In this document: positions 25,419-36,882 of the stretch, piece after piece | Layout of the letters: each line of letters begins with the position of its first letter | Numbering within the stretch: the first letter of the stretch is position 1 | NCBI GenBank assembly: GCA_964106645.2 | Contig: OZ067044.1 | DNA length: 64,000 bases | Reading direction: 5' to 3' (one strand) | Source of the DNA: Podarcis pityusensis | Lineage: Eukaryota | Notes under the pieces: model-generated | The model's input: only the letters and a program-made list of their open reading frames with translations | What the model was told of the DNA's origin: nothing | The model's database searches: none | Made by a program: the position numbers and the translations under genes

Positions 25419-25453
<35 letters not shown>
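25419..25453. repeat. (TAA)n microsatellite
   Basis: About 11-12 perfect taa units. Confidence 0.9.
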
Positions 25454-26154
25454 GTGGTTGCACAACATAATTTGCAAGCATCAAAAACCCATTAGAATTG
25501 GCTCTTGTGCTGTGCTAACAACAAGGTTCTGATGAACAGACTAGCTGTTGTGTGAGTGGACTGCCACAATTGTATTTTTGACATTGACAGTGCCAAATAA
25601 AGAATGAGAATGCTAAGAATAGTGATCTTTAGAAGAAAAATACTGGTTGATTAACCAGTCATGAATCAACTTTTATGCAAAGGATCTGGGCTGTGTATGA
25701 AAGAATACTGCTAAAAATTAATGATACCAGCTGCTGTACAAGATTCAACCTGTTTCATTTTTGTACTATTTGCCTTATGACAACTTACACAGTAAGTTTT
25801 GCTTGCTATGAGGATTTGTGAAGGAAGATATTCTAGGGGACAAACCCTTCTCCCTCTCACCCTTCAGTGGGCAAGAAACAAATGAAGCTGAGAAAAATTG
25901 AGAAATGCTCTGTACTCCCATCACTTAGCAGCCTGCCCATCCCACCTTATTTCTCTTGGTTGTGGTGGTGGTACTTTTAACAGGAACCATGGGTGCATTA
26001 CCTTTGTCAATTATGTGAATTAAACCTGGTTATGGTATTCCAGTTTTGCTCTAACCAATATAATACAATATCACGTTTCTCATGAATTCCAAAATACTGA
26101 AGTTAATTTTTCGCTTTTACTTCAGCACTTCATTGTCAAAACCTTTTAATATGG

Positions 26155-26272
26155 GATGGTATTCAATTAGATTTTGCTCAGAGTAGACCCATTGAAATTA
26201 ATGGATATCAGTAAGTTGGGTCGATTAATTTCAGCAGGTCTGCTCTAAGTAAAACATAGTTGAATATCACCG
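26155..26272. repeat. Short palindromic interspersed repeat (MITE-like)
   Basis: ggtattcaattagattttgctcagagtagaccc...gaaattaat / attaatttc...ggtctgctctaagtaaaacatagttgaatatcacc; related copy at about 31358-31472. Confidence 0.6.
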
Positions 26273-27057
26273 ATGGCTGTCTCATTTCACAAACTGTATA
26301 CCAGATTCAACAAATCTACTAATATTATTATATACACCTTCACATGGCGACAAAACAAAGAAACAGTCCAGAAAAACATTGGATTTTTTCAGCAAATGCT
26401 TATAACACTAAGCAACTAAAATTAGAAATAACGCAAGGGCAAGGGCCTATCTCTGAAAAGCAGAATAAGAAACCCACAGCAGTTGAACTGGTGCACAACA
26501 AGCAGCAGAAGCATTTTATCAACAAAATAAATGGTGTATATGAAGCAAGCAATACACAGCATGCTCATAATTTACCTGAATTATATGAATAAATGCCTTT
26601 ATCTGGAAAAAATGTTAAAATGAAGTGATATCAGAAACAAATACACGAGGACTTGACATGCAACAGGCATGTATATCACCTGGCAACTTAGTTTTGGATA
26701 ACAGTTTTATGTGGAACAGCTAGTTAAAACTTTACACTACAATCCTATGCATGTTTTTCTTAGATTGAAATCTCACTGTGTTCAATGGGGCTTACACTGC
26801 ATTAAGTGTATTTAGAACTGCAGCCTAAGAGTTTGTTTTTTAAATCCATACAAACCAGAATACAATAGTTCCTGCAAACTGAACCACAAACGCTATTCCG
26901 GCAACTATTATGATATTATTTTCAACATATTCTAACGAACAATGTAATCCTATCCTCAAGCTACACCACCAAGCAGGGTTAGGGTTAGGACAGCCACAAA
27001 ATTCCTCATAGTGGAAAACCACAATGATGACAGTTTAAGAGACTTATGCCTCTTATG

Positions 27058-27316
27058 CAGGACCGTAGCTAGGGGATGGTGAGGTGGGCCCCCGCCAGGA
27101 GCGCAGGCGATGGGGGGTGGCGGCGCAAAATTGGCTACAAAATATGTCCATAAATATAAATATTGATTATTGCCTCATAAGAAATGGTTTTAAATAGGGA
27201 GTGAATTGAATGGGGGGGTTGGAGGAGAGGTGGAAAGAAGAGCTAATTTGTCCGTGGCTAGGGGGTGCAATCTGGGTGTTTCTGCCGGGGCGCAAGATCA
27301 CCTAGCTACGGTTCTG
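27058..27316. mobile_element. hAT MITE with 8-bp TSD
   Basis: TIRs CAGGACCGTAGCTAG / CTAGCTACGGTTCTG; TSD ctcttatg at 27050-27057 and 27317-27324. Confidence 0.9.
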
Positions 27317-27753
27317 CTCTTATGACACCAAAAACACATCAAGATCAGTCCTGGGCAAGTCCCCCTGGAGAGGACGTAACAAAGTTAGGATCCTACAACT
27401 GAAAGGACTCTACTTACAATCAATACCCGCCTTATCTCTGAAGGCAGGAGGAACCTAAGAAGGCCCTTGTTGTTTTGACAGTTTATACTGGAGCAGGCAG
27501 ACCTCAAGGTACTCAGTCTCAAGACATCTAGCACTTTGAAGTTGAAGTCCAACACCTTGAATCATTCTTAGAAATGAGCTGAAAATCAATGCAGCAGCCT
27601 ACAGAAATGCTGGTGATGTTTTCCATAGGCCTAGTCCCAACCAGCAATCTATTTGCTTTATTTTAAAGCAACTGAAGTTCTCTAACAGGGCTGTCCCACA
27701 TGAAATTTATTGGCAATAAGCTACACCTGTTACTTTCCTGGTAGTCATATAGC

Positions 27754-28313
27754 TGTCACAGGAATAGGACCCTTAAAATAAAGCCTCTCCTCCTTGCAGA
27801 GGGGAGGAGTTGTGAGCAGGAGCCGTTTCCCAAGTTGGCAGGGGGTGTTTCGGCCCCTGCCCAGCCATCCCGGCTGCCGTGCCACACCCCCAGGTAGCCA
27901 ACCAACCAGGTGGAGGCTTGGGGGCGGGGTTTCATCACTCAAACGCAGCCGGGTGTGGCCATCACCTACCTCTCCACTTTATGGGTATTCCGATAAAGGA
28001 ATCCGGTGGTCGTGGATCCTGTCCGACGCCCTTGCTAGTGGCTAGGGCCATGGCACGACCCCCGGTGACATCAGGAGGAGCTTTTAGCTGTATTTGCATC
28101 AACAGGCTCCTCCCACTGGTGGTTAACCCTTGATAGACTCACCCCTCCCTGAGGGGGTGGAGTCACTTGCTGTGGTTTATCCAGTGCCTAAGCCAATACC
28201 TCTCACATGCTGTAATCAATAAAGTTGTGGCCGTTTTTAGCCTTTAACCTTATATACTGTGTCCATGTGTCTTTCTTATCTTCAAGCGGGTGGCGGGTCC
28301 TTGAATCACAACA
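27754..28313 (+). mobile_element. LTR-like (solo LTR?) GC-rich repeat
   Basis: Begins TGTCACAGG, ends ...CACAACA; AATAAA in gcctaagccaa...aataaagttgtggcc, a block shared with 52150-52635. No clean TSD. Confidence 0.55.
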
Positions 28314-29904
28314 GAAAGGTTGCAAAGCCTTTAGATATGTTGATTTGAGAGTCCATTCCCCAGCTGACACAGTTCATTAAAACCTGTGGACATCTGTCTC
28401 TGCTTCTTTGACCATGAGCAGAGAGGGGGCTTCCCCTTTTCCTATTCATCCTACCTATCTTCACAGTTTTGTTTTTACTTTAACAGCCCTCTAACATTCT
28501 TTCTGATTTACTGTTCAAATCCTATGTATATGCTGTGCATGTTTTCTCAAAAGTTCCCCAAATTCAATGTGATTTCCTCCCAAATAAGTGTGCATAGGAT
28601 TGCAGCCTCAAATAACTTATCCGTGCATTACAATACAAATTATAATCATATCACCTGCGCAGAAACCATTCAAACATGCAAATTAACAAAACATGCCCAA
28701 AACACCAATTTCTTATAGGAGAAAAAATATGTGGACATATGAAGAAGAAATAATGTATATCATTATTTTGCTTTGGCCAAAGATCCAGCTAGTTTAGCAT
28801 TCTGTTTCCAACAGTGGTCAGCCAGATGTTTCTAGGAAACTTACATGCAACATCCCTTCCAACTCTACAATTCTATGATTTCATATGAAACCCTCCCCAG
28901 TTTGTTGCAAGCAACTGCTATTTTGTTGCTGCTGCCTTATAACATGGGGTTCCATCTCAAAACCATGTCTAATACTTTAGCAATTCCAACATTTTGAAAC
29001 TACCTATCCACTGAGGTGCATCTCATCTCAAAATTATACTTTTAGGAGGAAGATGTGCCTTGTTCATCAGGCTTTGGGAGGTGAAGTGTAATCTGTCTCA
29101 GGTTAGTTTTGTACTGAACTCCTTGAAGTTGCAAGTTTTCTTGTTGTTTTTTAGGGGTTTTTTTGCCTTTTCTACACATGCAACAGAATGATGTAGTCAA
29201 TGAACTGTAAAGTCCTGAGGTGGTAGAATAGAACATATCAAATATGCAGGTGAGGGTCACATTTTATTGGTCCCCATGTAAAAAAAAGGGGGGGGGCTTG
29301 TAAACAGTCAAGAGTAATTTTTGCATAGAACTTTGTTTATATGGGGGCAGATTCAAAAATGTGACTCATACCCCTGCAGTCTGAGGTAGTATAATTCACT
29401 GTATCACTTGAGGATTACACCTCCTCATTCTGCTCAATTTGTGTGTGAGGAAATCACATATAGAAGCAGAAGTCTCATTTAGGAAAGTTGCATTAGAGGT
29501 AGATTAACTGTCTGTATAGTAATCAAATTTCAGCATATCATGATTTGAAGCATTCTATTCTCCTGCAGATGTCTGTGCATGAATCCTCAAATTATATATA
29601 TTCACCATTATGAAGTGCCTATTAGCTGTTGCAAAGGCTAATGAATGATATACAAAATGCATTATATCAACATTTTTCATACATGATTGTATGGCTATGA
29701 GAAGGAAAAAAACCCAGAGGAGGCAAGCATGATGTTTCTTAATATAAGTATGACTCTCCATCAATAAAGTTCAGTAAAAATACTGAAGTCAAGAAAAGCT
29801 CAATATTACAGATGCTGGTTTTTCATTGCATGCACCTCACCTAGAAGAAATGCATTTTATTCCACATAGAAATGAATATGCCTTTAATAGAATGGAAAAC
29901 CTAC

Positions 29905-30058
29905 TTTGCAACCTTCGTGTGGGACTCTCTCCATGAAGCTGTCGGCGTGGCAAATACGGTGAAGGGTGGGGAAGTGGCAATGAGGAGACATCATGTGTCT
30001 GAAGTTTGTACCAATGAGGCTCATCATCCAGCAGTGCTGTTTCTAATTCAATTAGAAT
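29905..30058 (-). CDS. RIMS2: RIMS2 exon, 154 nt, C2A end: ILIELETALLDDEPHWYKLQTHDVSSLPLPHPSPYLPRRQLHGESPTRRLQ(R), phase 0->1
   Basis: ctttttag|ATT CTA ATT...TTG CAA A|gtaggt. Confidence 0.96.
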
Positions 30059-30419
30059 CTAAAAAGAGAATAAAACATGTCACAGTGCAAAGCACCACTT
30101 GCACCATAAATGTTTCATAAAGTCTACATTACGTTGTAGTCACATATTTCCAGCATATCGTGAAAATTTAATGGCCACTTTAGTTTCATAACAAATCTCT
30201 GTATTAGAAATCAATACGAGGAACAATGCAGTAAAAATGTGTTTAGGTCAGAAAGAGTAAATGTGACTAAAAGTGCAACCTATCCTCAAATTACCCCAGC
30301 TAGATGAGGATTACTGATGTTGCCAAAAATTGTATTTATCTAGCTCAAAAACTGAACTTCATTACAAATTGAGCACTATATCCTCAATAAATTCTTCTCT
30401 GGCTTAGAAAGTAAATTGA

Positions 30420-30700
30420 GTTTCTGGTTAGATTACTGCAATGCATTATATGCAGAGCTGACTCTGAAGATGGCTTTGGAACTTCAGCTGGTGTAGAATT
30501 TGGCAACCAGATTGCTCACTGGGGCATGATTGTTTGAGCATATTGCGCCAATCCTGGCCTGACTGCACTGGCTGCCAATTAGCTTCCGGGCCCAATTCAA
30601 AATGCTGGTTTTTGACCTATAAAGCGTTAAATGGCTCAGGAATGCAATACCTCAAGGACCATCCCTCCCCATACAAACCAATCTGGACCCTGCAATCATA
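30420..30700 (+). mobile_element. L2 LINE fragment (old)
   Basis: ttagattactgcaatgca (LDYCNA), ctgcactggctgccaatt (LHWLPI), gacctataaagcg (TYKA). Confidence 0.8.
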
Positions 30701-30921
30701 ATTAAAAACAAGTACATTTACATTAAATAATATAACATAACAACATAACACAGAACAGAGCAGCAGTTAACAGAAATGCAGAATGGGAGAAGAAATCTCA
30801 GTGGCTGTTTATATCAACAAACCCACAGGATTACTCTGCCCAACAAAAATTACATTAAATATATTTTTGATTCCCCCCCCCCCAATAACTCTTAATAGGC
30901 TACTTAAAATGCTCTGAATAC

Positions 30922-31093
30922 CTCTCCTAAAAATTCACTTTCTTCCTCACGAACACGTGCTTGGTCCCAAAGAGTAATTTCCAACATTCGTTCTCGAAAT
31001 TCTCTCCGATGAACTGGAGAATAAATGAATGTTTGGTTCCATTTGGGCTCCAATGTTTTCTTTACTGTTTTTGTTCTTCTTTTGTTCTTATCA
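30922..31093 (-). CDS. RIMS2: RIMS2 exon, 172 nt, C2A part 2: (S)DKNKRRTKTVKKTLEPKWNQTFIYSPVHRREFRERMLEITLWDQARVREEESEFLGE, phase 2->0
   Basis: attacag|T GAT AAG AAC...GGA GAG|gtattc. Confidence 0.96.
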
Positions 31094-33099
31094 CTGTAAT
31101 TGAGAAGTATAAATTAAGTGTTGCTATTCCATTGAATATGTGATTTATAAAACAAATGACTGCCAGAAGAAGATGACAAAGGCTTGCTTGAGACTTGCCT
31201 TCAGAAACTTCTTTGCAAATATATACAGCAAATACAAATGAATGCTCACAAGACCCCAATACTTTTCTATATGTAGGCATGTTCCTTATATTGTCTGAAG
31301 TAATGCTTTTTAGGCTGAAATTCTTTGAGTGTTCAATGGGGCTCACCCCCGGTTAATGGGTTCTAGCCAAATAAATGAGAGTAAATCCACTGAAATTAAT
31401 ATACCTATGTTAGTCATGCCTATTAATTTCATTGGGACTACTCTGAGTATGACTAACACTTAATGCAACCCAGTGTGCAGGGTAGCCCTCCAGATGTTTT
31501 CAGATTCCAAATCTCAGTATGTCCAAACAGCATAGCCAATGGTCAAAGGTGATGGAAGTTGAGTCCAGTAATATCTGGAGGGCAACACATTGGCTGCCCT
31601 TGTGTGTAGGACTGTATATGACTGTGCTGTTAATTTAATACTGCATAGGAGTCTGGTGTTAGCTTCATATTTCAGGAACAGGCCAGTATCCAAATAGCTT
31701 TTTTACACATATCTAATGACATTATTTTACTTGTTTCTTGAAACAGCAGACTCAGGTGACATACTAGAAACAATTAACATTCCTGTTCCAAAAATGGTTT
31801 GCCATTTGGCACTTGGGAGTGCTTTTTGAGAAATCCAGTGCCTCCTTAGGTATGCAAAACTAGTGCGCAGTCCTTTGGATCCAATCCTTGGTCTAGTTGT
31901 TTACACAATGAACATGGTCATCTTCATCATCTTCATCTCTTTATTTTTAGGCTAATTTTCCAAAGAACTGTGCCCAAAGTGGCTTACAACATTATTGCAG
32001 AGTAAACTTTCATGCGTAAGTCCAAATAAAATGCAGTTAGTCTTTAAGGAGCCACAGAACACTCTTTTAGTATTATTGTAAGAGATGAACATGGATCTTC
32101 CCTACTGAAATTGCTAATACACCTATGTATAAACTTCTGCTAAGTTTATTTTTAAAACAGCACCTCAAGACAAGATTTATTATCACTGGCACAACTTAAT
32201 CTAAGTTGATAAAAGAAATGGCTCTCTGGATCTTACCCAATGACAGAATCAAACAACTTACTTCAGAGTAGCTCTCTTATTATAACTAAACTCCTTTGGA
32301 ATATGTGGATTTTTTAATGTAGCCTTAATGACTTTATTTTAGACACTAAAGATTTGTTTACTTTGGAGAATTGAACTAGGTTATATTGGACAAGTTTCTC
32401 CTGTATAATTTGTTTAGTCAGAACTTCACAGCCTCACCTAATTAAATGCTTGAGTTGTTTAATTGCACTTTATTTCTAGCAGGTTATTTTTCCATATAAA
32501 GTAGATTTATTTTTGCCTACTAAGCTTATTCTTCCGGGGGTGGGGGAGGCAGGGGAGAGACTGCTTCACTGTTAGAAGAAAACAAATTCAATAGAACAAG
32601 CTACTTTTACTTTTGAACTTGAAAGGAAACACCCAGAGTAATTAAAGGAAAACATCTACACTATTTGCCTTAAAAGAAAAGCAACAACTGTGAAAATTAT
32701 AAAAAGGAAACATACGGCACTATAATTTCAAAGTGTGTACATTCTGGCACTTTCTTAATAATTAATAATAAACAAATTGCATTTCTTCTATACGTACATA
32801 GTATACGTATATGATACACCTACAGATGGTAAATTGCTTGGAAAAAATGCTTTCTGATAAAGATATCATAGCAGTGCCTTTTAACTGGCCCAATATATTG
32901 TGTGTGGGGGTGGGAATTATATGAACACTGACAGCATATTGCAAACTAGTATCAAAATTACCACAAGATTCAAAAACAAAATGTCACAATTTTGTCTCAT
33001 GTTTAAAATACCTAATTTGGATAGTTATAAGAATTCATAGCTGGTTGAAAATTGCACGTTCTAAGAAATATGGATAGTTCTAAAAAACTGAAATCACAT

Positions 33100-33150
33100 A
33101 CAGCAAAGCAAAGAAAAGCAAAGAAAAGAAAAGAAAAGAAAAGAAAAGAA
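33100..33150. repeat. (AAAAG)n/(AAAGC)n microsatellite
   Basis: aaagcaaagaaaagcaaagaaaagaaaagaaaagaaaagaaaag. Confidence 0.85.
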
Positions 33151-34198
33151 GGAAAACATCCAAGTGACAATGTGCTCTTCCATTTTTTCCATTTGCACAA
33201 ACATCTCTGCTTAGCCACTAGAATGATTCTCCCTCTCCTCCTACACCGCATGCTGTTCAAGGGGTCATTCTGACTCTCTCCAGATACAATTTCAAGGCAT
33301 GTGGGGGGAAGACAGGTGGGGAAAACCCTACTGAACAAGCAGAAGTTCTTACACAGGGCTTTCAGTGGCAGGGCTGGTTAGATTAATCCCTACTACAGTT
33401 AATGTAGTTATACAAAGTTATTTTTTTACTGATCACTGACCATAATAAAGAGGTTGATCAACTGATGGTTATATAAATAGCGAATTACTAAGATTTGGCA
33501 TCTCTCCCCCTCCTGCCACAATTTATTTCTCTTGATCAAGTTTCTCTTGGGCTTTAGCAAAAAGCACTGCCAAATCCAAGGTGTTCCGGCTCTTGCAGCA
33601 GGTTCAAGGCCAATGGGACTCCACTTGCTCCCCACTGCTTCAGCTCTGGACCCATAACAAAGATCGTCAAGCATGCCATCTGCTCAAACTTCTTTGATGA
33701 CTTCCAAGGTCAGATAGTAGACATGGTCTTGCGCTTGCTGAAGAAAAACAAGCCGTAGGCCGCTTGCATTCATTCTGCCACTCACATTTCTAACTGCACT
33801 AGGAGGGCAGTGTGCATGTGCAGCCTTTACCAATCTAGAAGGCCTGTAGGACAGCGTGGGGTTGTTCTGAATCATCATATTTTCCTGCCACTAAAGACCC
33901 TGTAAAATATCTCTGTAATTCTCAACATCCACTCACAAATTCTCATTAAGGGTTATGGAAATATATAAGATTGTTCATTGGGTTAACCAGGATTACTGCA
34001 AGCTACCACCATAGTCAACATTCCTTTCTCAAATGTCTGAGAAAAGCATAGTTATTATTACTTAGATAAACAATGGTAATCTGAATAGGCACATCATTCA
34101 GTAACTGAGATATTATGACCAATACTAGTTACCAAACATTACTATTTTTTCACAGAAATTTAATTTAAAGCAGTTAAGCCTTTTTTTTTCCATCCTAC

Positions 34199-34329
34199 CT
34201 TCTGTCAGGAAGAAAGTAAATCTTAACATAGGGATTCCTCGGCCTCCCATCTTCCCTTGAAGGAAGATCCTTTGCACCCAATATTGTGACTATCAACTGG
34301 TGACCAACCTTGTCATACCACAGTTTTAT
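34199..34329 (-). CDS. RIMS2: RIMS2 exon, 131 nt, C2A part 1: IKLWYDKVGHQLIVTILGAKDLPSREDGRPRNPYVKIYFLPDR(S), phase 0->2
   Basis: ctttacag|ATA AAA CTG...GAC AGA AG|gtagga. Confidence 0.96.
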
Positions 34330-36834
34330 CTGTAAAGAGAAATTCTGCATTAGTCAATCTACTTCTTTCATAATACAGTTATCCTTAAAAGTAAATGTAA
34401 CTTTTAGACTTCCACTGTATCTGTTTTACTATTACAGTATAGGTAACTTCATGGCATTCTAATTTGTAGCCTTAAGGCCCAAAATGATAAATGTGATGAA
34501 ACTTATTTTGTATGTATAATCTGTTTAGCACTATATTACATATGTAAAAATATGCAAAATTGTTTACTTTTGTTATGTATACGCTGTATATGTGCATGTG
34601 TGGAGCAACAGATATGCTAACATTTTTATATGCAATATGAATTCATGAAAGACTACTTCAGATTTTGATTAGTATTTGTAGAAAGACCATGAAATAAAGT
34701 TGTGTACATTACAGACCTGTTGACATTACAGTAATTGACCTGTTAAGGCATTTTACATTCAGTTTACAGAAGTCTTCTACATGCAAGTATATGGTAACCA
34801 ACTTAGTACTTCAACTCTGCACTGTACTTAAAGGTAATATGGCATTCACTCAGCCTTTTTTATTTCAATTTTTATAAAACAAATTCATCTGCTAGATTTG
34901 GAATAGCTTACAATTCCTGAAAAAACCTAACCAATAGAATGGGGAGATGACAGAACAGGGGTATTTAAGACTGAGGCTATCATATTGTGATCTATGATTA
35001 TTATTATCACATGTCATTTGCCATTTGCTTCATTTTGATGGAAGCAGGAACTTTCTCCATAGTGCTGAGCTGTGGCCCACACTCTTTGCAAAGAAAGACT
35101 GGCCACCTTGTCAGGGCCATGCCATTTCGTATTTACTCAAAACAATCCTAATTCACTTAGATATACCTTTAAATGTAGCAATAATTTTAGGAAGTTACAA
35201 TCGACTTAAGAGTGTTTACATTTGTAGAAAATCAAGAAAATGTTGTATTCGTTTCTTGATTTCTATTTCAGTGCAGATAGGATATCCATATTGCTTAGAT
35301 GTAATCTGATTTGAACAATATTGTCAATACTGGCTAGATAATATACAGAAGGGAGAATCTAATGATGTCCACCCGGTTGAGCAAAAGACTTCTCATTACA
35401 CAATGGGACTTCCTCTCCTTGCTAACAAAATCTACTTCAGGATTTGTCTCAATTCTCTGGAGCAGATTTTTTAGGTGAGGGGTGCAGTTGGAGGAAAGGG
35501 AGGGGAAGTGCCATTGAGCAAGTGGAAATCTATTCATGAAACACTAGATATCACCCATTATTTTTGAAGATTCTTTTCCTTTGATTGGGTTTTTAGTTAG
35601 GGAGGAGGAGCTTGCAGGAGCTGAACTGGAACAGTTGTCTGAATACATCTTGGATTAAGATACATCTTAGCATTCCCCCATACTGTCCACCCAACACAAA
35701 TTAACAAAAACTCTGTTATGAAAATGTTTGCAAAAACATGCCCTTATTTTTATTCTGAAATAATAATTTTGCATTTTAGTGACTTAATAAATTCTGAGAA
35801 CATTATGAGGCTTAATGCTAGCCAAAGAATTGAGAAGGCATTAGGATTTGCATGTAGACTTGACTCTCTGTCTCCCATTAAGTTCTCTGTGGCCTGTTTC
35901 ATGTAGTTATCTTTTAAAATAAGTGCTTTCCTTTCTAAACAATAACAAAAACTATAATTCATGTAACTCTGAACTTTCCATTTTTATATTTTCTTAAGCA
36001 GTGAAAGAGCATGAAAAGAATAAGCTTATACAGCATTTATACAAACGATGAGCATTTCCACAAAAATATTTTATAACAAAAGCAGGTAATGTTCTCTATA
36101 CAAAAAATATAAATAAAATGGTAAGCATGCAGCAAAGCAAGATAAGCATTATGACATTCTTACAACCTACAGTTGGGTTAATCTACAGTACCTTAAGGGA
36201 TTCCTAATGAAAAAAGGCAAACAACTTGTACCCAAATAAGATCAGAATATAGTCATCCCTAGTAGTCATGGGAAATTGTTTTGTAATCATTATTGTTTTT
36301 AATATTTCAACTACTGTGTCAAAATGCAAGCAAGGTACACATTCCTTAGACAAGGTACAAATTTATTTGCCCGTCTTCTGCTCAGGGAACTACTGTCATT
36401 TGGAAAATGCAAAAAAGGAAATTTTGTAATGAAAATGTGTGATTTAAAGAGACACCAACCTTGATACAATGAGGCCAAACATCCAAAGCATAAGGATCAA
36501 CTAATTCTAGTTCAAGGTATGTATTTATGCAACACACAGTTATTATCATTGCTGAAATCTGTGCTTGTTTAATTAGATATAGAAAAAAAGTAAAACTAAA
36601 CACTAGTTGTCTCTTTAAATTTTAGTTTAGTACAGTATTCTAATCACCATGCAGTTTCAAGCTGCTCACAAGACAATATGAAATTTGTTAATATGGTTTG
36701 AAGCAACACATTAAAATTAAAATGGGAAAATGGATCAAACTGTGACATTTCCCTACTATGCATTTTCCAAGTCAAACAAAACGTAGGAGAGGGGAACACA
36801 ACTTTAGTTTCTGTCAGGCAGATGAAGCCTTTAC

Positions 36835-36882
36835 CTGAACCCTAGGAACAAAAGGCGCTGTTCTTCTACTAAGGCTTTGGCT
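36835..36882 (-). CDS. RIMS2: RIMS2 48-nt symmetric cassette microexon SQSLSRRTAPFVPRVQ, phase 0->0
   Basis: Long U-rich tract ...ttttgcttaccag|AGC CAA AGC CTT...GTT CAG|gtaaag. Resembles the recalled RIM2 splice insert SQSLSRRT(T/A)PFVPRVQ between GQLS and IKLW. Confidence 0.88.
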
